The position numbers and the translations under genes are program-made. DNA of 32,000 bases, taken from the NCBI RefSeq assembly GCF_000012345.1, contig NC_007205.1:480001-512000 (forward strand), given 5' to 3'. This document shows positions 24,997 to 32,000 of this stretch, piece after piece. Position 1 is the stretch's first letter, and every line of letters starts with the position of its first letter. The notes beneath the pieces are model-generated. The model did no database searches. It saw only the letters and a program-made list of their open reading frames with translations, and was not told the DNA's origin. The stretch comes from Candidatus Pelagibacter ubique HTCC1062 (GTDB lineage: Bacteria; Pseudomonadota; Alphaproteobacteria; Pelagibacterales; Pelagibacteraceae).

Positions 24997-26208
24997 ATGA
25001 AAACTGTTGTATTAAAGTTCGGTGGAACCTCCGTTGGAAGTATAGATAGAATAAAGAGCGTAGCAAAAATTATTTCCTCTTACAAAAAGAAGAAAATGGG
25101 TGTCATTGTGGTTTCATCTGCAATGAGTGGCACAACCAATGAATTAATAAAAAAAACAAAAGAATTAAGTAATACCTTTGATGCAGCAGAATATGATGTT
25201 TTGTTAGCAACAGGAGAGCAAGCAACTTGTGCATTAATTGCTGGTAGATTAAAACACCTTGGTTTTAAAGCTAGATCATGGATGTCTTGGCAGCTACCAA
25301 TTATTACAGAAGGACCTTATAGCTCTTCAAGAATTAGCAAAATCAATAAAGGAAAAATACTTAGTTTCATGAAATCAGGTGGAATACCTATCATAACTGG
25401 TTTTCAAGGCATTAACTTAGAAAATAGACTTACAACACTGGGCAGAGGTGGAACTGATGCATCAGCAATAATGCTTGCAAAATTTTTTAATACTGATGCG
25501 TGTGATATCTACACTGATGTAGATGGTGTTTATACTACAGATCCAAGAAATCATTCTAAAGCCAAGAAAATTCATAAAATTTCCTATGATGAAATGTTAG
25601 AGATGGCATCATTAGGCGCAAAGGTTATGCAACCTACATCTGTGCAAGATGCAAAACTAAATAATATTAATTTTTCAGTTAAATCTTCATTTCAAAAAAA
25701 GAAAGGCACATTAATAACTGGTACAAAAAAAACCTTCAGTAATCAAATAATAACTGGAATTACTTCTACAAAAAATGATTCTAAAGTTACGATTGTAGGT
25801 GTTAAGGACAGACCAGGAGTAGCAGCTGCTGTTTTTAAACCATTATCACTTAATCAAATTAATGTTGATATGGTAGTTCAAAATATTTCTTTAAATGGAA
25901 AAGAAACAGACTTAACTTTTACAATTAAATCTGAGGATGTAAAAAAAACAGAAAAAATAATTAAACAAAATAAAAGAATTTCATTTAGAAAACTTACGTA
26001 TGACAATAATGTTTCAAAAGTATCTATTATTGGTGTGGGTATGATTACAACACCAGGAATTACCTATAGAATGTTCCAAGCTTTGGCTTCAAAAAAGATT
26101 AACATAATGGTTATTTCAACTTCTGAAATTAAAATTTCAGTTTTAATTTCAAATAAACAGATAAAAAAAGCAGTAGCAGTGCTTCACAAAGAATTTAAGT
26201 TAGATTAA
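24997..26208 (+). CDS. lysC: aspartate kinase
   Basis: 403 aa. It has VLKFGGTSVG, LGRGGTDASA and two C-terminal ACT repeats. Confidence 0.93.
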   Translation: MKTVVLKFGGTSVGSIDRIKSVAKIISSYKKKKMGVIVVSSAMSGTTNELIKKTKELSNTFDAAEYDVLLATGEQATCALIAGRLKHLGFKARSWMSWQLPIITEGPYSSSRISKINKGKILSFMKSGGIPIITGFQGINLENRLTTLGRGGTDASAIMLAKFFNTDACDIYTDVDGVYTTDPRNHSKAKKIHKISYDEMLEMASLGAKVMQPTSVQDAKLNNINFSVKSSFQKKKGTLITGTKKTFSNQIITGITSTKNDSKVTIVGVKDRPGVAAAVFKPLSLNQINVDMVVQNISLNGKETDLTFTIKSEDVKKTEKIIKQNKRISFRKLTYDNNVSKVSIIGVGMITTPGITYRMFQALASKKINIMVISTSEIKISVLISNKQIKKAVAVLHKEFKLD

Positions 26209-26211
26209 CTT

Positions 26212-27312
26212 ATGAGCTTAAGACCATTTAGAGACATTCATAGAAAAAAAACAAAAGTAATAAATGTTGGTGATGTAAAAATAGGTGGTGACAATCCTAT
26301 TTCTGTTCAATCAATGACCAATACCTTAACAACCGATATTCAGGCCACAATAAAACAAATTAATGATATTCATGAAGAGGGTGCAGATTTGGTTAGAGTT
26401 TCTTGCCCAGATGAAGAGTCTTCATTAGCTCTTAAAGAAATTACAAAACATGTATCTGTTCCAATAATTGCTGATATTCATTTTCACTATAAAAGAGCCA
26501 TAGAAGCAGCTGAAAATGGAGCAAAATGTTTAAGAATTAATCCAGGAAATATTGGTGATAAATTAAAAATACACGATGTACTTAGTGCTGCTAAAAATAA
26601 TGATTGTTCTATTAGAATAGGTGTTAACGCTGGCTCTCTTGAAAAAGATATTTTAGAAAAATATAAAGAGCCATGCCCAGAAGCTTTAGTTGAAAGCGCA
26701 CAAAGGAATATTAAGATTTTAGAAGATCAAGATTTTTTTAATTTTAAGATAAGTGTAAAATCTTCAGATATATTTTTATCTATTGCAGCGTATCGTCAAC
26801 TATCAAAAGTTACAGATTATCCATTACACCTAGGGATCACAGAAGCTGGAGGTTTTGTATCGGGTAGTGTTAAGTCATCAATAGGTCTTGGCTCACTTTT
26901 AATGGATGGAATAGGGGATACTATAAGAATTTCTTTGTCTGATGATCCAGTTAAAGAAATTAAAATTGGTAATGAAATATTAAAGTCACTTAATTTAAGA
27001 AATAGAGGTGTAAAAATTATATCTTGTCCGTCATGTGCAAGACAAGCATTTCAAGTAATTGACACGGTAAAAATATTAGAAGATAAACTAGCTCACATCA
27101 AAACCCCTTTAACATTATCGATTATTGGCTGTGTAGTTAATGGACCTGGTGAAGCAGCGATGACAGATATAGGAATTACTGGAGGCGGTAAGGGTAATAA
27201 TATGCTTTATTTATCTGGCATTCAAAGTGAAAAAGTTTTATCAGAAGACATAATATCAAGAGTTGTAAGTGAAGTTGAAAAAAAAGCTGCTGAACTTGAT
27301 AAAAAATTATAA
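26212..27312 (+). CDS. ispG: 4-hydroxy-3-methylbut-2-en-1-yl diphosphate synthase
   Basis: 366 aa. It has ISVQSMTNT and RINPGNIG. The Fe-S cysteines are in SCPSCAR and GCVVNGPGE. Confidence 0.93.
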
Positions 27313-27317
27313 ATACA

Positions 27318-28391
27318 ATGATACCTCTAAAAACTATTGAAGATTTAATATCTAAGCATTCTATTTTGGAGAAAGAGCTATCATCAGGTGAAGTGGATAA
27401 AAAACTTTTTGCCGAAAAATCAAAAGAATACTCGGATTTAAACGAAGTAATTGATGATGCTAGAAAATATTTTTCTTATGAGGGTGAAAAAAAAGATCTG
27501 GAGAAAATATTAAGCGACTCAAATAGTGATAATGAGTTTAAAGAAATGGCTGAAGTAGAATTAAAAGATTTAAAATTAGAAAACGAAACTATAGAAAAAA
27601 AATTAAAACTATTTTTACTACCAAAAGATGAGGCAGATAAAAAAAATGCAATTATAGAAATAAGAGCAGGTACGGGAGGGTTAGAGGCAAGTTTATTTGC
27701 TGCAGATCTTTTTAAGATGTATGAAAAAGTTAGTCATCAAAAAAAATGGGAATTAGAATTAATAAGTATGTCTCAGAGTGAGGCAGGTGGACTGAAAGAA
27801 GTTATTGCATCAATTAGGGGGAAAAATATTTATTCAACATTAAAGTATGAAAGTGGAGTTCATCGTGTTCAAAGAGTTCCAGATACAGAAACTCAAGGGA
27901 GAGTTCACACTTCTGCAGCAACTGTGGCTGTTCTACCAGAAGCAGAAGAGGTTGATATAAAAATAAATGATTCAGACTTAAGAATTGATGTATTTAGAGC
28001 TGGTGGCCCAGGTGGGCAATCTGTTAATACAACTGATAGTGCCGTGAGAATTACTCATATTCCAACTGGATTATCTGTATCTCAACAAGATCAAAAATCA
28101 CAACACAAAAATAAAGCAAAAGGGATGTTAATTTTAAGATCAAGACTTTATGAATTAGAAAGATCAAGAATAGAGGGCGAAAGATCAGAAGATAGAAAAA
28201 GCAAAATAGGAACTGGAGACCGTTCTGAAAGAATTAGAACATATAATTTTCCACAAGGAAGAGTAACAGACCACCGTATTAATCTAACCCTACACAAACT
28301 TGAAGCTTTTTTAGAGGGTGAAGCCTTTGATGAAATGGTAGAAAATTTAACGCTGCAAGCACAAGAAGAAAAATTGAGCAATCTTAATTAA
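27318..28391 (+). CDS. prfA: peptide chain release factor 1
   Basis: 357 aa. It has the GGQ motif ([11 protein letters not shown]) and an RF1-type PxT tripeptide region ([14 protein letters not shown]). prmC follows it. Confidence 0.93.
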   Translation: MIPLKTIEDLISKHSILEKELSSGEVDKKLFAEKSKEYSDLNEVIDDARKYFSYEGEKKDLEKILSDSNSDNEFKEMAEVELKDLKLENETIEKKLKLFLLPKDEADKKNAIIEIRAGTGGLEASLFAADLFKMYEKVSHQKKWELELISMSQSEAGGLKEVIASIRGKNIYSTLKYESGVHRVQRVPDTETQGRVHTSAATVAVLPEAEEVDIKINDSDLRIDVFRAGGPGGQSVNTTDSAVRITHIPTGLSVSQQDQKSQHKNKAKGMLILRSRLYELERSRIEGERSEDRKSKIGTGDRSERIRTYNFPQGRVTDHRINLTLHKLEAFLEGEAFDEMVENLTLQAQEEKLSNLN

Positions 28392-28392
28392 A

Positions 28393-29235
28393 ATGAATAT
28401 AGAAAATATTCTGAAAGAAGGAATCAAAATCCTACAAAAAAATAAGATAGCCAATCCTCAACTTGATAGCGAGATATTATTATCCAACTCGATTAAAAGA
28501 GATAAAAAGTATATTATTTTAAATCCTAAAGAAGTTTTGAACTCAGAGCAATTACGAAAATTTAAAAGTTTAATTGAAAGAAGAAAAAAAGGTGAACCAA
28601 TTGCTTATTTAATAAATAAAAAAGAGTTTTGGAAAGATGAATTTTTTGTTAATAAAGATGTGCTAATTCCAAGACCTGATAGTGAACTAATAATAGAACA
28701 GGTTTTAAAGATTTATTCAAAAGATGATCATTTACAACTTCTCGATATAGGAACTGGATCTGGATGCATTCTTTTATCCATACTAAAAGAGAGATCTAAT
28801 TTTTATGGAACTGGAATAGATATTTCTAAAAAAAGTATAAATGTAAGCAAATTTAACGCAAAACAACTAAACTTAACTAATCGAGTAAAGTTTTTTCACT
28901 CAAGTGTTGACAATTTTAACAATGGCAAATATGATATCGTTGTTTCAAACCCTCCATATATTGAACAGTTAAGTTTAAAATATTTGGAAAAAGATGTAGT
29001 TAATTTTGAGCCAAAGTTAGCTTTAAGTGGTGGGTTTGATGGTTTTTCAAAAATCAGAAAAGTAATCAATAAGACAAATAATCTGATTAAGAAAAATGGT
29101 AAATTTATTTTAGAGATAGGTTTTAATCAAAAAAATAAAGTTATAAAAATATTAAAAGAAGAAGGTTTTTACGTTAACAAAGCCATAAAAGATTATGGCA
29201 ATAATGATCGCTGCGTAATCAGCACTAAAATTTAA
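28393..29235 (+). CDS. prmC: release-factor glutamine N5-methyltransferase
   Basis: 280 aa. It has SAM motif DIGTGSGC and catalytic NPPY, and lies downstream of prfA. Confidence 0.9.
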   Translation: MNIENILKEGIKILQKNKIANPQLDSEILLSNSIKRDKKYIILNPKEVLNSEQLRKFKSLIERRKKGEPIAYLINKKEFWKDEFFVNKDVLIPRPDSELIIEQVLKIYSKDDHLQLLDIGTGSGCILLSILKERSNFYGTGIDISKKSINVSKFNAKQLNLTNRVKFFHSSVDNFNNGKYDIVVSNPPYIEQLSLKYLEKDVVNFEPKLALSGGFDGFSKIRKVINKTNNLIKKNGKFILEIGFNQKNKVIKILKEEGFYVNKAIKDYGNNDRCVISTKI

Positions 29236-29249
29236 ATTGAAAAAATATT

Positions 29250-29726
29250 ATGGTAACATTTAGAAGTAATAATAGTAATAACAATAGAAGACCTCCATTT
29301 AGAAGTAATAATAATAGAAGACCTCCATTTAGAAGTAATAATGAAGGGTCAAAATTTTCTAACAACGATAATTTTCAAAGAAAAGTTCCAGGCAGAAATA
29401 ATCATAATGCCGTTAAACTTATTGAAAAATACAATGATTTAGCAAGAGAAGCTTTAGCTAATGAAGATAAAATTTTATCTGAAAATTATTTTCAACATGC
29501 GGATCATTTTACAAGAGTTCAAAACGAGCAAGAAAGCCTTAGAATGGCTAGAGTAAATTCATCTGCAACTGCAACTATTAAGCCACTAGATTCAGACAAA
29601 AAGGTTGAAGAAACTATTAAAACTGAAGCTGAAACGGTTAAAAAAGAAGTGACTGAACCTGAAGTTAAAAAAGTTGTAAAAAGTGTAGATAAAAAAGTGG
29701 TTGAAAAGAAAGTCGCTGCTAGTTAA
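29250..29726 (+). CDS. DUF4167 domain protein with Arg/Pro/Asn N-terminal repeats
   Basis: 158 aa. The central YFQHADHFTR region is typical of DUF4167. The position after prmC is common in Alphaproteobacteria. The C-terminus is low-complexity and K/V/E-rich. Confidence 0.7.
   Translation: MVTFRSNNSNNNRRPPFRSNNNRRPPFRSNNEGSKFSNNDNFQRKVPGRNNHNAVKLIEKYNDLAREALANEDKILSENYFQHADHFTRVQNEQESLRMARVNSSATATIKPLDSDKKVEETIKTEAETVKKEVTEPEVKKVVKSVDKKVVEKKVAAS
29283..29340 (+). repeat. perfect 30-bp in-frame tandem repeat, with two overlapping exact 28-nt copies read here
   Basis: aatagaagacctccatttagaagtaata occurs at 29283..29310 and again at 29313..29340. This encodes NRRPPFRSNN twice. A partial third unit (tttagaagtaataata) lies just upstream, from about 29268. 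Confidence 0.9.
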
Positions 29727-29728
29727 TT

Positions 29729-31027
29729 TTATCCAATAATTAATTCTGATTTTAAAACATCTAATTTAATTTTTTCTACCTCAAATATTTCTCTTTCTTT
29801 TCCTTTAAGTGTTTTGCCAGAAGGCAACTTTAATTTTTGAGAGTTAACCTTCTTTCCATTTACAACTACTTCATAATGTAGATGTGGACCTGTAGATTTT
29901 CCAGTCGACCCGACATAACCAATTATCTGACCCTGTTTTACTCTTATTCCCTCTTTTATTCCTCTAGCAAAATTTTTCATATGAGCATAAATAGTTTCAT
30001 AAGTTGAATTATGTTTTATTTTAATACAATTTCCACCACCACCACACCATCTCGCTCTCGTTATCAGTCCACTTCCAGATGCCATAATAGGAGTGCCCAT
30101 TGGGGCTGCAAAGTCAGTTCCTCTATGCATTTTATTAAAACCATCTATAGGATGTTTTCTCATTCCAAATGCAGAAGAAAGTCTTGCACCATTAATAGGA
30201 GTTTTCATCAATGCTTTTTCAACACTCTTACCATTTTCATCATAGTGTCCTTCACTTCCTTTTTTTTCAAAATAATATAATGCATTATTTTTTCCACTTA
30301 GCTTTAGATCTGCAAAAATTATATTACTTGTTTCAAATACTTTGCCCTCATCGTCTTCAAACACTTCATACATGATTTGAAAATTATCATTTTTTCTAAT
30401 ATCTCTTTGAAAATCAACCTGGAATCCATAAATTCTTGCAAACTCAATAATCACATTTGGCTGAACTTTCAAATCAATAGCTGTTTTATATAAACTTTGT
30501 GTAATTTTCCCTTCTTTAAAAATAATTTTTTTATTTAAATTTGTAATAATTGTTTTTTTTTCAAAAAGGTTATTATCTAGATTTCTTATTAATTGAATTT
30601 TTTCTGTTCTAGAAACTGGAAATAAAAAAGAAGTAATTTTTTTATTATTTGACTGGTCGATAGTAATTTTTATTTCAAGATTTGGCTGAAGATTATTTAT
30701 ATTGTAATCCGAATTTAATTTTTTTTTGATCTGATTAATTTCTTCATTTGGTATTGAATAATTATTTAAAATTTTATCAAAGGTTTCACCACTAGAAATT
30801 TTATGATCAATATTTTTATATCTTGGAACTAGATTGTCAAAAATTTCGTTAATACTTTTTTGGAAATAAATATTATTTATTAAATTTTTGTAATTTTCAT
30901 CTATTAATACTTTTTTTTCATTATAGATGTTGGTGCTTGAAATCGTAATTAACAATAGTAAGAAAAGAAAAGTAATCTCAATATTTTTTTTTATTATTTT
31001 TATTATTTTATTTGAACTAAATATCAT
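29729..31027 (-). CDS. M23 family metallopeptidase (MepM/YebA-like murein endopeptidase)
   Basis: 432 aa. It has an N-terminal TM anchor and an OapA/LysM-like segment (ISSGETFDKILNNYSIPNEEINQI). The M23 catalytic motifs HRGTDFAAPMGTPI and GSTGKSTGPHLHYEV are intact. Confidence 0.88.
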   Translation of the reverse strand: MIFSSNKIIKIIKKNIEITFLFLLLLITISSTNIYNEKKVLIDENYKNLINNIYFQKSINEIFDNLVPRYKNIDHKISSGETFDKILNNYSIPNEEINQIKKKLNSDYNINNLQPNLEIKITIDQSNNKKITSFLFPVSRTEKIQLIRNLDNNLFEKKTIITNLNKKIIFKEGKITQSLYKTAIDLKVQPNVIIEFARIYGFQVDFQRDIRKNDNFQIMYEVFEDDEGKVFETSNIIFADLKLSGKNNALYYFEKKGSEGHYDENGKSVEKALMKTPINGARLSSAFGMRKHPIDGFNKMHRGTDFAAPMGTPIMASGSGLITRARWCGGGGNCIKIKHNSTYETIYAHMKNFARGIKEGIRVKQGQIIGYVGSTGKSTGPHLHYEVVVNGKKVNSQKLKLPSGKTLKGKEREIFEVEKIKLDVLKSELIIG

Positions 31028-31098
31028 CTTGAACTTTGAATTATTAATTTAGTAATGACTAAAAATCAAAAAAAACCTAGTATTTATTGATATATTTG

Positions 31099-31116
31099 AG
31101 CATTTATTTAAATGCT
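31099..31116. promoter_or_regulatory. 18-bp palindrome AGCATTTA-tt-TAAATGCT abutting the putative rRNA promoter
   Basis: Read directly from the sequence: 8-bp perfect arms, followed by a direct repeat of AAATGCT. It lies 7 bp upstream of the candidate -35. Confidence 0.35.
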
Positions 31117-31122
31117 AAATGC

Positions 31123-31150
31123 TTGATTTACTTTTATTTTAGCTTATAAG
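31123..31150 (+). promoter_or_regulatory. candidate rRNA operon promoter
   Basis: The -35 is TTGATT (31123..31128), followed by a 16-nt spacer and a -10 TATAAG (31145..31150). This gives a leader of about 200 nt before the 16S 5' end. Sequence match only. Confidence 0.4.
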
Positions 31151-31254
31151 CAGCACACTTTCTCAGTAAAATTATTGTTTACTCAATAGATTAGTGAGGA
31201 TTATTGGGCGTTTTAGACCCAATTAGCTATTTAAAAAGTAAAAATTTAAGAAGA

Positions 31255-31330
31255 GAAGTGTGGACGGTTAAGGTTACCAAAATTTGTCGTACACACTTCA
31301 AAATCGTATGGATTGTATTCTTACAATTTA
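31255..31330 (+). promoter_or_regulatory. rRNA leader hairpin plus boxA-like antitermination element
   Basis: GAAGTGTG (31255..31262) pairs with CACACTTC (31292..31299), and ACG/CGT extends the stem. TGTATTCTTACAATTTA (31314..31330) follows and resembles E. coli rrn boxA TGCTCTTTAACAATTTA. Confidence 0.4.
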
Positions 31331-31358
31331 TATATGAAGCTAGTGTGCGCCGTTTTTT

Positions 31359-32000
31359 AACTTGAGAGTTTGATCATGGCTCAGAACGTACGCTGGCGGC
31401 ACGCCTAACACATGCAAGTCGAACGAAGTAGCAATACTTAGTGGCAGACGGGTGAGTAACATGTGGGTATCTACCCTTTGGCCTGGAATAACACGAGGAA
31501 ACTTGTGCTAATACCGGATAAGTCTTTACGGAGAAAGCTTTATGCACCATTGGATGAGCCCGCACTTGATTAGTTTGTTGGTAGGGTAATGGCCTACCAA
31601 GACTATGATCAATAGCTGATTTGAGAGGATGATCAGCCACATTGGGACTGAGACACGGCCCAAACTCCTACGGGAGGCAGCAGTGGGGAATCTTGCACAA
31701 TGGAGGAAACTCTGATGCAGCGATGCCGCGTGAGTGAAGAAGGCCTTTGGGTTGTAAAGCTCTTTCGTCGGGGAAGAAAATGACTGTACCCGAATAAGAA
31801 GGTCCGGCTAACTTCGTGCCAGCAGCCGCGGTAATACGAAGGGACCTAGCGTAGTTCGGAATTACTGGGCTTAAAGAGTTCGTAGGTGGTTGAAAAAGTT
31901 GGTGGTGAAATCCCAGAGCTTAACTCTGGAACTGCCATCAAAACTTTTCAGCTAGAGTATGATAGAGGAAAGCAGAATTTCTAGTGTAGAGGTGAAATTC
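31359..32000 (+). rRNA. rrs: 16S ribosomal RNA, 5' 642 nt (continues beyond the window)
   Basis: It begins AACTTGAGAGTTTGATCATGGCTCAG. It contains CCTACGGGAGGCAGCAG and GTGCCAGCAGCCGCGGTAATAC. The short V1 and V3 helices are consistent with SAR11-type alphaproteobacterial 16S. The minus ORF at 31374..31640 is an artefact inside the rRNA. Confidence 0.97.

Noticed and set aside
27884-27892. The RF1 anticodon-mimic tripeptide reads P-D-T rather than the familiar PAT/PVT.
   Set aside because: The middle position of PxT is variable in RF1 proteins. P and T, the discriminating residues, are intact.
31053-31088. 11-codon ORF (MTKNQKKPSIY) upstream of the rRNA promoter, considered as a leader peptide.
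   Set aside because: It is too short, has no SD, and has no attenuator structure. It is indistinguishable from chance in AT-rich sequence.
31374-31640. 88-aa minus-strand ORF.
   Set aside because: It lies inside the 16S rRNA gene and is an artefact.
1-32000. Looked for mobile elements, integrase or transposase genes, CRISPR repeats, toxin-antitoxin pairs, restriction-modification or other defence genes, tRNA genes and compositional islands.
   Set aside because: None was found. Every sizeable ORF has a clear housekeeping assignment. The intergenic DNA totals about 1.3 kb and is largely explained by ffs, the glycine riboswitch, promoters and the rRNA leader. The only GC-rich patches are structured RNAs, the 11913 palindrome and conserved glycine/alanine-rich protein motifs.

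Overview
This is a strongly AT-rich, very gene-dense chromosomal segment. The partial 16S rRNA gene at the 3' end, the gene order and the protein sequences all look like core genome of a SAR11 / Candidatus Pelagibacter-type alphaproteobacterium; I identified it by recognition, not by a search. I can support 30 protein-coding genes, all housekeeping. Left to right they are rpsA (3'-truncated at the window edge), cmk, aroA, lptB, lptC-like, kdsD, rnd, an NDUFA9-like NAD(P)-binding protein, gcrA, an ABC-2 permease, argD, argF, a membrane-anchored cytochrome c, kdsB, pheA, dnaX, ybaB, recR, glcB, accA, secA, argJ, a DUF1178 protein, ubiG, lysC, ispG, prfA, prmC, a DUF4167 protein and an M23 (MepM-like) peptidase. 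There is also one low-confidence 35-codon small ORF. The ORF track misses several RNA features: a small SRP RNA (ffs) directly upstream of dnaX, a tandem glycine riboswitch in the glcB leader, and the 5' 642 nt of a 16S rRNA gene with its leader. From the coordinates, only about 1.3 kb (about 4%) lies outside CDS, and most of that is taken up by those RNA elements. Four convergent gene pairs overlap at their 3' ends, and one divergent pair is separated by 16 bp. I see no mobile elements, integrases, CRISPR arrays, toxin-antitoxin or defence-type genes, tRNAs or compositional islands. I therefore found no evidence for an undescribed multi-gene system; this reads as ordinary streamlined core genome. 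The observations most worth a second look are these: (1) the glycine riboswitch on malate synthase, which is already described for SAR11; (2) a cytidylate kinase whose P-loop lacks the invariant lysine; (3) an AccA with a C-terminal extension of about 50 aa ending in a predicted transmembrane helix; (4) an argF-type transcarbamylase with non-canonical STRTR and SMG motifs; (5) a GC-rich perfect palindrome between the cytochrome c gene and kdsB; (6) a consensus DnaA box upstream of gcrA.
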